Assembly (NCBI GenBank): GCA_913040915.1
Contig: CAJWHW010000011.1
Location: forward strand, 1 to 55,173
Source of the DNA: an uncultured Fidelibacterota bacterium
GTDB lineage: Bacteria > Fidelibacterota > Marinisomatia > Marinisomatales > UBA1611
Length of the DNA: 55,173 nucleotides
Direction: 5' to 3'
Shown here in pieces: positions 9,113 to 18,573 of the stretch. Both the position numbers and the translations under genes were made by a program. The first letter of the stretch is position 1. Each line of letters begins with the position of its first letter. Below the pieces are notes generated by a model that searched no databases, had not been told where the DNA came from, and saw nothing but the letters and a program-made list of their open reading frames with translations.

Positions 9113-11109
9113 TATTGTTCCTTACTATTTATTTTATAAAAAATATTTAATCGAAATACCCTAGATGGCTCAGGATAGCCATATATAGTCATTATTTCAC
9201 GATTTAAGAGATTAGAAATAGAAGCCTTCAATTGTAGTCGATCATTGAATATGGCCGGTGCTTCTTGAGAAAAATAGCTATTAAAAGACGGTTTCATTGT
9301 TAAATCTGTTGGATAATCATACATGATAATCTGTTTTCCAGTAAATTGGAAAGACAGTGTTGATTTCCATTTCTTATGACTCCATTGTCCTTGGATTGAA
9401 CCAACCCATCCAGGGGCATACAATAATTTTTGTCTAGTCAATTGATTGGTTGATTCAATATTGATCAGCGATCCTGCAATTAAAATTTTATTTTCAATAT
9501 TCATTTGGCCATTTATTCCAAATAAATTTTTCAGAGATTTGTTTATATTTTCTGGTTGCCAAATATCACCGTTTGGTTTCCAGACAATTAAATCAGTTGA
9601 ATTAGATGTTTTATAGAAAAGCTCCAAGTCCAATTGTTTAAAATAAAAATAAGCGCTTATTTTTATCCTTTTAGAATGTTCTGGTTTTAATTCTGGATTA
9701 CCTCCCGGAACCCAGTAGAGATCATTAAATGTTGGAGCGCGAAAGGATGTTGCATATGAAGCAGAAAATTTAAGCCATTGGAATATATTCTTTGCGGCCT
9801 TAAAGGAATGGGTAATTACACCACCAAAATCAGAATAATTATCATATCGTGCTGCCGTAATTAGATTAATTTCGTTTATTGTAAATAACGACAAAGATGG
9901 TGAGAAATAATATCTTTCTCTCTGATAAACACCTGTATCAGTGCTGTTAACTTTCTGAATAGAAAACCCAGAGTGGAAGCGATATTCAATACTATTCTTA
10001 GTAAAATATAACCCTGAAATTTCAGTGGTGGACGTTTCAGATAAGTGATTACTGTCAATGCTGATTATGGGGTCAACATAATTTTCCCCAGATCTTCGAT
10101 ACTTAAAGGAAGATTTTACAAATCCCCTTGGAAAGAGATGTACCAATGAGCCAGAAAGTAGGGCTAATGTATCATTCCTAAATGCTTCCGTGTTTGGACT
10201 CCATATTAATCCGCTAATTCCCCGATCTTGGATAGAGTTCCAAAATGAAACTCTTTTGTGCCAATTACCATTTTGTGAATGCAATTGCAATCCTATAAAC
10301 ATCTGGAAAAAATGCTGATTTTTAAGACTGATTGATTCAGAGTTATATAGTACTGGATAAATACCGGGATTTGAATTTTTTCCTGTTGTTAATTCTATAT
10401 TTGAATTTCCCATTTTCATATTAATATGTGCTGACAAAGCTTTTGAAGCATCCTGGCCACTTTGAATTTCAAATCCTGATGAACGGGACCAAGGATTTAT
10501 TTGGATTATACCGTCAAATGAACCAGAGCCATATTTGAGATTATTATTTTGTTTGAGCATCCCATATCCCAAAAACTGTTCTGGAATTTGTGAGATATCA
10601 GATACGCCATTTTGCGGACTTGTTACATCGATATTATTAAATACTACTTTTGCATCAGTAGTGCGGCCTCCATCAATAGAAACCTGAGCAATCCCTGAAC
10701 TTCCTCCGTAACTTCGGACAATAGCTCCTGGTAAACTATTTACAAGTTGATTACGAGTTATGCCAGATGACAACATTTGATAATAACCAGTATTATTTTT
10801 GACCAAGATTTCTGATAAATGAATTGGGTTATTCTCCATTTGCACCAGTTGAAAGCCCCCCGAATAAACTAAAGATTTATCAACCATTCCTATGCGTTTT
10901 ATTGTTAATGAATCACCTTTTGTTGTACCAATTGGAAGCCAGAATAGGCCAGCTTCATTGGTTGAACTCCAAGTACCCAACCTAGTGTTGAAAACTGTTG
11001 CAAAAGTAACAGGTTGATTATTCTTTGTTAAAATAATCCCCTTACTACCCTTTGATGAGTCAAGTGCAAAAACAATTGAATAAAAAAGTAATATGCGTCT
11101 AATTAGCAC
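9112..11109 (-). CDS. btuB: TonB-dependent receptor, BtuB-like
   Basis: Signal peptide (GTG start), N-terminal extension domain, plug (LPGAIVRSYGG...VSIDGG, YGSGSFDGIIQI), SFRAPTFNDLYW...GNPELKPE, ISNLLN; preceded by a cobalamin riboswitch. Confidence 0.88.
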   Translation of the reverse strand: MLIRRILLFYSIVFALDSSKGSKGIILTKNNQPVTFATVFNTRLGTWSSTNEAGLFWLPIGTTKGDSLTIKRIGMVDKSLVYSGGFQLVQMENNPIHLSEILVKNNTGYYQMLSSGITRNQLVNSLPGAIVRSYGGSSGIAQVSIDGGRTTDAKVVFNNIDVTSPQNGVSDISQIPEQFLGYGMLKQNNNLKYGSGSFDGIIQINPWSRSSGFEIQSGQDASKALSAHINMKMGNSNIELTTGKNSNPGIYPVLYNSESISLKNQHFFQMFIGLQLHSQNGNWHKRVSFWNSIQDRGISGLIWSPNTEAFRNDTLALLSGSLVHLFPRGFVKSSFKYRRSGENYVDPIISIDSNHLSETSTTEISGLYFTKNSIEYRFHSGFSIQKVNSTDTGVYQRERYYFSPSLSLFTINEINLITAARYDNYSDFGGVITHSFKAAKNIFQWLKFSASYATSFRAPTFNDLYWVPGGNPELKPEHSKRIKISAYFYFKQLDLELFYKTSNSTDLIVWKPNGDIWQPENINKSLKNLFGINGQMNIENKILIAGSLINIESTNQLTRQKLLYAPGWVGSIQGQWSHKKWKSTLSFQFTGKQIIMYDYPTDLTMKPSFNSYFSQEAPAIFNDRLQLKASISNLLNREIMTIYGYPEPSRVFRLNIFYKINSKEQ

Positions 11110-11173
11110 AACTTTCCCCGGATAAAATGGGAGAAAGTATAATCACTAGGCAGGGATGTTTTGATTTTACCAT
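11099..11173 (-). CDS. Putative 24-aa leader ORF between riboswitch and btuB
   Basis: ATG immediately 3' of riboswitch P13; MVKSKHPCLVIILSPILSGESCAN*; overlaps the btuB GTG by 11 nt in another frame; no homology evidence. Confidence 0.3.
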   Translation of the reverse strand: MVKSKHPCLVIILSPILSGESCAN

Positions 11174-11359
11174 GACCTTTTTTCCCGAAAGTCGTTAAGG
11201 TTGTATTCAAATATCCAGGTCTCCTGACTTATGTAGTTTCGACTGGTTCTCCTTCTCTTTAACTGGGTAAGCCAAAAATGGATTTTGAACCAGTATTCTA
11301 CAATTACAGTAGCGGGGACTGTACTCGAATCACACGAGTTTCCCTGTCATATTTGAATA
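11174..11359 (-). ncRNA. Cobalamin (B12) riboswitch
   Basis: Minus strand: 11-bp closing stem (11349-11359/11204-11214), AGGGAA (11340-11345), CCCGCUACUGUAA (11304-11316), P6 extension with CCAUU...GAGAAGG, B12 box AAGUCAGGAGACCUG (11216-11230), P13 hairpin with CGGG loop (11174-11193) complementary to L5 CCCG. Confidence 0.93.
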
Positions 11360-11502
11360 AAAGTAACTAGCTGATATTACAATTGGCTCAGAGAATTTCA
11401 AATCTGAAAGAAGTCGTTCAATCAATTTCATTCAAAGTTTAAAGAATTGTATTCTTTTTTATAAATACCAATTTTTTATTCAAGGTAGATTCAAATAAAT
11501 TT

Positions 11503-12234
11503 ATGTCCATGTATCAGCTATCTAATACCTGGTTTATTATTCATTCATCTGTTGCACCTATTTATGCAGATCCAACTTTTAATGCTCCTTGCATAAGTGA
11601 AACAGTCTTTGGTGAATCATGTAAAGTAATTGGCCAAAGGGATAATTGGTTAAATATAAAATGTGATGATGGTTATGAAGGTTGGATTAATGAATTTTAC
11701 GGTAAAACGAAGTCTACAAAAAACAAACCGACTTATATTGTTGTATTCCCAAACGAAAAAGGTACTTATAGTCACAACTATCCATTTGGCGCGCAAATAA
11801 AGCAAAATATACCAGGCTCTATTCAAATAACAGACACTTTAGGTATCGATCAAATCATTCCTGTCGCAAAAAATTTATTGGGTATCCCTTACAAGTGGGG
11901 TGGAAAAACATCTTATGGTTTTGATTGTTCCGGTTTAGTGCAATCGGTCTTAAAGGTATGTGGTTTATCAATCCCTAGAGATTCTTACCAACAGCATGAA
12001 TTTTTTTTGGAAGATGAAATTGAAATTGATGAAGCGGAGCCAGGTGATTTGCATTTTTTTGGTAAAAGTGGTGATATTACCCATGTCGGTTTATCTACAG
12101 GGCAAAAAGGTATATTGCATTCTCAGGGGTCTGTCAAGGAAGAATCACTTGATATCCGTCAAAAATTGGCCAATAAAAAACTAATAGATTTCTACATTTC
12201 AACTCATTCGATTCGCCGTAAGTTTAACCAGTGA
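11503..12234 (+). CDS. SH3 + NlpC/P60 (C40) peptidase, YkfC-like
   Basis: SETVFGE...DGYEGW SH3b; LGIPYKWGG, GFDCSGLVQ, PRDSYQQ, PGDLHFF, HVGL. Confidence 0.9.
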   Translation: MSMYQLSNTWFIIHSSVAPIYADPTFNAPCISETVFGESCKVIGQRDNWLNIKCDDGYEGWINEFYGKTKSTKNKPTYIVVFPNEKGTYSHNYPFGAQIKQNIPGSIQITDTLGIDQIIPVAKNLLGIPYKWGGKTSYGFDCSGLVQSVLKVCGLSIPRDSYQQHEFFLEDEIEIDEAEPGDLHFFGKSGDITHVGLSTGQKGILHSQGSVKEESLDIRQKLANKKLIDFYISTHSIRRKFNQ

Positions 12235-12776
12235 ATAATCCTTCAGCAAAAGCAACTAACGGACAACTTCTTAATCGTGCCGTATTGGTATTAAATGCGA
12301 ACTATTCTCCAATGATGATTTGTACTGCGAAACGAGCAATATGTATGGACTATTTGGATAAAGTTGATGTCTTAGTCAAATATGATGAAAAAATTCAAAG
12401 TCCATCTTTATCCTGGAGTCTTCCAAGTGTGGTAAAAATCAGGGATTTTATACGGTATGATAATCTATCAGTTGATTTAAATCGGAAAAATATAATTGCT
12501 CGGGATGAACATACTTGTCAGTACTGCGGAAAATCTAAAGCACCTTTGACAATTGACCATATAACCCCTAAAGGGAGAGGTGGTCTGGATACATGGGAAA
12601 ATCTCGTTGTCGCATGTAAACCATGTAATCAGCGAAAAGGAGACCGAACACCAGACGAAGCTAATATGCCCTTAAACCGCATTCCAAAACGGCCAAACCG
12701 GCTACATTATTTCCAGAGATTTGTCAAAGAAAAACAACAAGATTGGAGACCATATTTATTTATGGAACCATTTTAA
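12231..12776 (+). CDS. HNH endonuclease (McrA-like family)
   Basis: VLVLNANY, RDEHTCQYCG, TIDHITP...GG..TWENLVVACKPCNQRKG. Confidence 0.9.
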   Translation: MNNPSAKATNGQLLNRAVLVLNANYSPMMICTAKRAICMDYLDKVDVLVKYDEKIQSPSLSWSLPSVVKIRDFIRYDNLSVDLNRKNIIARDEHTCQYCGKSKAPLTIDHITPKGRGGLDTWENLVVACKPCNQRKGDRTPDEANMPLNRIPKRPNRLHYFQRFVKEKQQDWRPYLFMEPF

Positions 12777-12805
12777 TAGATTGATTCTCCACCACATACC
12801 ACAAC

Positions 12806-13792
12806 ATGCTAGCAGATAAAAAAAACTTACGTGTATTAAGTGGGATTCAGCCATCAGGTGCTCTCCATTTAGGAAACTATTTTGGGATGATGAATCGGAT
12901 GATAAAGTACCAGGAGAATAATGATCTATTCTGTTTTATAGCCAATTATCATGCGTTGACAACAGTTCCAGATTCTGAAACTCTAGCTGTCAATACATTC
13001 AATGCTGCTTGTGATTTTTTGGCATTAGGTTTGGACCCTGATAAATCAACTTTTTGGATCCAGTCTGATGTACCACATGTAACTGAACTTACTTGGCTAC
13101 TTTCGTCTCATGCAAGTGTTGGCCTCATGGATCGGGCAACGTCCTATAAGGATAAAATAGCACAAGGTTTGAAACCTAACATGGGATTATATTCATATCC
13201 CGTTTTAATGGCTGCAGATATTTTATTATTTGACAGCAATATTGTTCCTGTAGGTAAAGATCAGAAGCAACATTTAGAAATGACAAGAAATATAGCTATG
13301 AGATTCAATAATCAATATGGTGAAACATTGGTTATACCAGATGCAGATATCGAAAAAATTACCCAGCTAATACCTGGAATTGATGGGCAGAAGATGAGTA
13401 AATCTTACAAAAATACAATTCCTATTTTTGATAGTGAAAAGAATATTAGGAAACAGATTATGCGGATTGTAACAGATACAGCAGGGATTAATGAATCAAA
13501 AGATAAGGATACTCCTTTATTCCATTTATATACTTTATTTTTGGATGAAAATGGTCAACAAAATCTCTTAGATAGATACGATGGTAAAGGATTACGGTAT
13601 GGCGATGTAAAGCACGAACTATTTGAAAAGGTGATGGATCATTTTGGTCCATTTCGTGCAAAAAGAGAAGAATTATTATCTAACTCAGATTTTGTTCACG
13701 ATATTCTTCGTGAAGGTGCAAAAAAAGCTACAAAAGTTGCGGACAAAGTATTGGAACGGGCAAGGACAGCATCAGGAATAAATTTCTTATAA
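12806..13792 (+). CDS. trpS: Tryptophan--tRNA ligase
   Basis: SGIQPSG, HLGN, YPVLMAADIL, VPVGKDQKQH, KMSKS. Confidence 0.97.
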   Translation: MLADKKNLRVLSGIQPSGALHLGNYFGMMNRMIKYQENNDLFCFIANYHALTTVPDSETLAVNTFNAACDFLALGLDPDKSTFWIQSDVPHVTELTWLLSSHASVGLMDRATSYKDKIAQGLKPNMGLYSYPVLMAADILLFDSNIVPVGKDQKQHLEMTRNIAMRFNNQYGETLVIPDADIEKITQLIPGIDGQKMSKSYKNTIPIFDSEKNIRKQIMRIVTDTAGINESKDKDTPLFHLYTLFLDENGQQNLLDRYDGKGLRYGDVKHELFEKVMDHFGPFRAKREELLSNSDFVHDILREGAKKATKVADKVLERARTASGINFL

Positions 13793-14520
13793 TGGGGTAT
13801 AAAGTACATTTAGATAACTTTGAAGGGCCATTAGATCTTTTATTATATTTTATACGAAGGGATGAATTAGATATATATGATATCCCAATTGGAAAAATTA
13901 CGAAGGAATTTATTTCAGTGATTGAGGAATGGAAGCGGTTAAATATGCATATAGCAGGTGAATTTATTGTGATGGCATCTACTCTAATGCGAGTTAAGGT
14001 TAAAATGATGATTCCGCGACCTGAATTGGATGATGATGGTGAAATTTTAGACCCACGTGCAGAATTAATGCAGCAATTAATTGATTATAAACGGTTTCGT
14101 GATGCAGCGAATATGCTCAAAGACTTAGCAGATGAAAGAAACCATGCCATCCCTAGGCAGTTCAGCCAAGATATCAAGGCTGTAGACGAAGAAGAAATTG
14201 GAGCCCTTTTACAGGATGTAACTTTATATGATTTAGCAAGGGTATTTAAAACCGCTATGGAAAACCGTCCAGTCATGTCTCAATTTGAATTAAATCGGGA
14301 ACCTGTAAAATTAGAGCAGCAAAAAGATTTTATCTTTAAATTTTTTGATGGTGAAGGAAGATTAAAATTTTCAACATTGCTTGATAATCTAAAATCCAAA
14401 ATGGAAATAATCGTTACTTTTCTTGCAATTTTGGATTTAGTTAGAGAAGGTCTTTGCACTGTTGGTCAGTTTGATGTTTTTGGGGAAGTAGAGTTAATTT
14501 ACTTAGGATCAGCAACCTAA
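13792..14520 (+). CDS. scpA: Segregation and condensation protein A
   Basis: FEGPLDLLL, EFIVMA, IVTFLAILDL. Confidence 0.93.
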   Translation: MGYKVHLDNFEGPLDLLLYFIRRDELDIYDIPIGKITKEFISVIEEWKRLNMHIAGEFIVMASTLMRVKVKMMIPRPELDDDGEILDPRAELMQQLIDYKRFRDAANMLKDLADERNHAIPRQFSQDIKAVDEEEIGALLQDVTLYDLARVFKTAMENRPVMSQFELNREPVKLEQQKDFIFKFFDGEGRLKFSTLLDNLKSKMEIIVTFLAILDLVREGLCTVGQFDVFGEVELIYLGSAT

Positions 14521-15143
14521 TGAAAAAAGTGGAAATAAAAAAAATCATAGAAGCATTGCTGTTCGCAAGTCCTGAACCTTTAACTCAATCAAAAATAAAC
14601 CAAGTATTTGACCCTGATACACCTGATCTTTCCAAGTTTGTCTTAGAGTTGAATGAACAATATAAAAAAGAAGAACATGCTTTTGAAATTTGTCAAGTTT
14701 CAGGAGGATACCAACTTATTTCACAAAAAGAATTTGAATATTTCATTCGAAGAATGTTTAATAAAACTGGACGCCTTTATTTGTCACCTGCTGCTTTGGA
14801 TTCTTTAGCCATAGTTGCATATAAGCAACCTATAGGCAGATATGAGATTGAAGCAATACGCGGTGTGGATTCTAGCGGAGTTCTTAAAACACTTCTTAAT
14901 CGTAATTTAATTAAAATAAAAGGTCGAGATTCGGGTCCCGGTCGTCCTCTGTTATACCAAACAACCAATAAATTTCTAGAACATTTTGGGCTCAATCGAC
15001 TTTCGGATATGCCGAAGTTAAAAGAGATTACAGAACTTGTGGACGCAGATCCAAACTTGGGAGAACAAATAGCAGTTTTTGAAGAGACAGATAAAAGTAA
15101 TGAACTGGATGATTCTTCCCAACCCGATATCTCTAGTGCTTGA
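14520..15143 (+). CDS. scpB: Segregation and condensation protein B
   Basis: IEALLFAS, LAIVAYKQPI, IEAIRGVDS, GRPLLYQTT..FLEHFGL. Confidence 0.95.
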   Translation: MKKVEIKKIIEALLFASPEPLTQSKINQVFDPDTPDLSKFVLELNEQYKKEEHAFEICQVSGGYQLISQKEFEYFIRRMFNKTGRLYLSPAALDSLAIVAYKQPIGRYEIEAIRGVDSSGVLKTLLNRNLIKIKGRDSGPGRPLLYQTTNKFLEHFGLNRLSDMPKLKEITELVDADPNLGEQIAVFEETDKSNELDDSSQPDISSA

Positions 15144-15147
15144 CCCT

Positions 15148-15846
15148 ATGCGATTAAATAAATTTTTGGCTGAAGCAGGTATCGCTTCAAGGAGAAAATC
15201 CGATAAATTAATCCAGATGGCAACAACAGAAGTTAATGGCAAAATTTGCCTAGATCCTGCATATCATGTACAAGTTGATGATGTGGTGAAGTATGACGGT
15301 CAGAAAATTAAACCTGTTAAGGAAAAGGTAGTGGTGATGCTTCATAAACCAAAAAAAGTTATCACAACTGTAAGGGATACTCACGGACGAAAAACTGTCA
15401 TGGATCTTGTATCTTCAAAACACAGACTTACACCAGTTGGAAGACTTGACCAAGATACAACAGGCTTACTTTTACTCACTAATGATGGTCACCTGCATCA
15501 GTATTTAACTCACCCTAAGAACCAAATAGCAAAAGACTACGAAGCTGTAATTAAAGGAAGAATGACTAATTCACAGATCCGAAAATTATCGACTGGAATC
15601 TATATAGGTGATAAAGAGTTTGGTAATGCGGAGATACTTCATCAGGAAACAGATAAAGGTAGGTCTACCATAACCCTTCGACTTCGGCAAGGAAAGAAAC
15701 GAGAAATTCGTAGAATTATGTATTATCTCAAACTAAAACTATTTTCCCTAAAGCGGATCAGATTTGGGGGTCTTTCATTGGGGAATCTTCCTGAATCTGG
15801 ACAACGTAATTTGACGAAAGAAGAAATAAAATCTCTTCAAGAATAA
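15148..15846 (+). CDS. rluB: rRNA pseudouridine synthase (RluB/RsuA family)
   Basis: MRLNKFLAEAGIASRR S4 domain, GRLDQDTTGLLLLTNDG; start moved from 15079 to ATG 15148, just after scpB. Confidence 0.88.
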   Translation: MRLNKFLAEAGIASRRKSDKLIQMATTEVNGKICLDPAYHVQVDDVVKYDGQKIKPVKEKVVVMLHKPKKVITTVRDTHGRKTVMDLVSSKHRLTPVGRLDQDTTGLLLLTNDGHLHQYLTHPKNQIAKDYEAVIKGRMTNSQIRKLSTGIYIGDKEFGNAEILHQETDKGRSTITLRLRQGKKREIRRIMYYLKLKLFSLKRIRFGGLSLGNLPESGQRNLTKEEIKSLQE

Positions 15847-15939
15847 CTACATATTCCTTCATAATATTTAAATCCTTTTCCCAGTTGGGTTTCTTATGAA
15901 GAAAAGGTAGATTCCCCGGCTTGTTAAGTATTGAATTAC

Positions 15940-16587
15940 ATGATAATTGCTATAGACGGTCCATCAGCTTCTGGAAAGAGTACTACTGCTAAGGGAGTTG
16001 CTGAAAAACTAGGAATTACTCACTTGAATACAGGTTCTATGTATCGTGCAGTAACACTGGCGCTCATGGAAGCTGGTATTCATCCTGATGATGAAACTAA
16101 GGTTAAAGATTTTATAGCTGAATTGGATATCCGATTTGATGAATCTAATCAAATTCATTTAAATGAAAGAAATATTTCAAAGGATATTCGCTCAGAAAAT
16201 ATTTCATTACGGGTTAGTGCAGTAAGTGCACTTTCGGCTGTCAGAGAAAAAATGGTTATAGCGCAACGGGATATTGCAGGTAAAAAGGATTGCGTTTTGG
16301 AAGGTCGGGATATTGGAACGGTCGTATTTCCAAATGCAGATCACAAATTTTTTCTGATAGCAGATGTTAAAGTAAGAGCAGAAAGAAGATTAAAAGATCT
16401 TGAAAAAATAGATGAGACAAAAAATATCTCAGATTTGATTGAAGATATTAAACGGCGTGATGAGATTGACTCATCTAGAGAACATTCACCTCTGAAGCAA
16501 GCAGTTGATGCCATACCGATTGATACAAGTGATCTAACAATTGATGAGCAAATTGAAAAAATCGTTAACATAATAAATAAAAAATAA
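15940..16587 (+). CDS. cmk: Cytidylate kinase
   Basis: IAIDGPSASGKST, TGSMYRA, EGRDIGTVVFP, RRDEID; ATG at 15940 preferred over TTG at 15931. Confidence 0.95.
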   Translation: MIIAIDGPSASGKSTTAKGVAEKLGITHLNTGSMYRAVTLALMEAGIHPDDETKVKDFIAELDIRFDESNQIHLNERNISKDIRSENISLRVSAVSALSAVREKMVIAQRDIAGKKDCVLEGRDIGTVVFPNADHKFFLIADVKVRAERRLKDLEKIDETKNISDLIEDIKRRDEIDSSREHSPLKQAVDAIPIDTSDLTIDEQIEKIVNIINKK

Positions 16588-16602
16588 GGAAACATCATAA
16601 GT

Positions 16603-18546
16603 ATGTTTGAAGAGCAAAATTTAGAACAGGCAGTTGAAGAGACTTTAGAAGTAACTGAGAATAAAGTTACTGAGGGAGTCAGCGATGAATCGCCTACTGC
16701 CCAGGACCAGCCTGTTGCGGAGATAAAGGACTATTTAAACCCGGAATTATTTCATGATGTCCGTATTGTGGGACAATCTGAAATTGATGCCCAATCTAGC
16801 GATATAGAAGTTAGTTCCGAACTAGAAAAACTATATTCAAGTACTCTAGGTGATATATCTGAACATTCTTTAATTAATGGTCGTGTTGTCGGAATGAATG
16901 AACGGGAAATTCTTATTGATATTGGATTTAAATCAGAAGGAATTATTGACCGTAACGAATTTGAGGATGAAGATCTTCCTGTCATTGGAGATCAAGTTGA
17001 AGTCTTTTTGGAGTTTATTGAAGATGCCAGTGGTAACACAATCCTATCTAAAGAAAAAGCAGATTTTATGCGACGGTGGAGAGAACTTCGAGAAGCATTC
17101 GAAAATGAAACAATTATTACAGGGAAAATTGTCCGTCGAATCAAAGGTGGTATGATAGTTGACTTGGGCGTTGTTCAAGCCTTTCTCCCTGGTTCTCAGG
17201 TAGATGTCAGACCGATACAAGACTTTGAAATTTATGTGGAAAAAGATATTGAAATCAAAATTGTAAAATTCAACGAAGCACGTAAAAATATCGTTGTTTC
17301 TCATAAAATTATTCTGGAAGAAAGTTTAAAAGAACAACGTGAAGCACTTTTCAAAGAACTAGAAGTTGGCTCCATTTTGGAAGGCAGAGTTAAAAACATT
17401 ACAGATTTTGGTGTATTTGTTGATTTAGGCGGTATTGATGGCTTACTGCATATTACAGATCTATCATGGGGTCGAGTGAATCACCCTTCAGAAGTACTAG
17501 ATATGAATGATAATATCACTGTCAAAGTCATTGAGTACGATGAAGAAAGAAAACGTGTATCTCTTGGCCTAAAACAATTAGTACCTCACCCCTGGGACGA
17601 TGTTGAAATTAAATATCCCCTTGGAAATGTAGTGAAAGGTAAAGTAGTCAGTTTAACGAATTATGGAAGTTTTATAGAACTAGAACCTGGTGTCGAAGGA
17701 TTAATACATGTTTCAGAAATTTCTTGGACAAAACATATTAAAAATCCTTCTGAGGTATATAAGATGGGTGATGAAGTAGAGGCAAAAGTCCTTTCGATTG
17801 ATACAGAGGAACGTAAGATAAGCTTAGGAGTAAAACATTTAACGCCAGATCCTTGGGATGAGATTGAAGAAAAATATATGGTTGGTACTATTCATAAATG
17901 TAAAATTCAAAACTTGACCCAATTTGGTGCATTCGCTGAATTGGAAGAAGGAATTGATGGATTAATACATGTTTCTGATCTCTCCTGGACTAAAGTGATT
18001 AAACATCCTAAAGAACTTGTAGAAAAAGGCCAGGAAATTGAAGTTAGAATATTAGAAGTTTCAAGAGAAAATCGTCGCATCTCCCTAGGTTATAGACAAG
18101 TGCTTGATGACCCTTGGTCAGGTATAGTTGAACACTATGAAGCTGGCAAAGAAGTTAGCGGTGAAATTATTCGAGTATTAGATAAAGGTATTATTATCCA
18201 GTTGGAAATGGAAGTTGAGGGAATCATTCCATTTGGTAAAATGTCTAAAAGGGATCGAAAAGCTTTGGCTGGGCAATATGAAGTGGGAGCAAATCTTTCC
18301 GGTATTGTAATGAAAGTTTCGCCAGAAGATAAAAAAGTTGTTCTTTATAAAGAAGAACTGGCTGGTACTGCTAAATCTACTTCGGCAGCAGATGAAGTTA
18401 AACAATACTTGAAAAATCAAGATACAGATTCGGGTGAAAAACTTGATTTACCTCAAGAACTATTAGAATTAGCTAGTGAAGCAGAAAAAGATGGCGTACC
18501 AGATGAATCTGGTGAGTCTGAACCTGAAACTGAAGTAAAAGAATAA
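16603..18546 (+). CDS. rpsA: 30S ribosomal protein S1
   Basis: Repeated S1 domains (FGVFVDLGGIDGLLHITDLSW, GVEGLIHVSEISW, RRISLG); follows cmk. Confidence 0.96.
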   Translation: MFEEQNLEQAVEETLEVTENKVTEGVSDESPTAQDQPVAEIKDYLNPELFHDVRIVGQSEIDAQSSDIEVSSELEKLYSSTLGDISEHSLINGRVVGMNEREILIDIGFKSEGIIDRNEFEDEDLPVIGDQVEVFLEFIEDASGNTILSKEKADFMRRWRELREAFENETIITGKIVRRIKGGMIVDLGVVQAFLPGSQVDVRPIQDFEIYVEKDIEIKIVKFNEARKNIVVSHKIILEESLKEQREALFKELEVGSILEGRVKNITDFGVFVDLGGIDGLLHITDLSWGRVNHPSEVLDMNDNITVKVIEYDEERKRVSLGLKQLVPHPWDDVEIKYPLGNVVKGKVVSLTNYGSFIELEPGVEGLIHVSEISWTKHIKNPSEVYKMGDEVEAKVLSIDTEERKISLGVKHLTPDPWDEIEEKYMVGTIHKCKIQNLTQFGAFAELEEGIDGLIHVSDLSWTKVIKHPKELVEKGQEIEVRILEVSRENRRISLGYRQVLDDPWSGIVEHYEAGKEVSGEIIRVLDKGIIIQLEMEVEGIIPFGKMSKRDRKALAGQYEVGANLSGIVMKVSPEDKKVVLYKEELAGTAKSTSAADEVKQYLKNQDTDSGEKLDLPQELLELASEAEKDGVPDESGESEPETEVKE

Positions 18547-18573
18547 CAAATATCCAATGGGTAATGTCCGATT

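Noticed and set aside
12231..12776. HNH as a homing endonuclease, restriction or CRISPR-associated nuclease
   Set aside because: No intron, methyltransferase, repeat array or cas gene; it looks like the widespread stand-alone family
15079..15147. N-terminal extension of rluB in the ORF track
   Set aside because: Overlaps the scpB 3' end; the family start MRLNKFLA is at 15148
15858..15901. Inverted repeat CTTCATAA...TTATGAAG between rluB and cmk
   Set aside because: AT-rich 8-bp stem with a 28-nt loop and no U-tract; likely chance
17380..18120. Internal repeats in rpsA (e.g. TTAATACATGTTTC twice)
   Set aside because: Explained by tandem S1 domains
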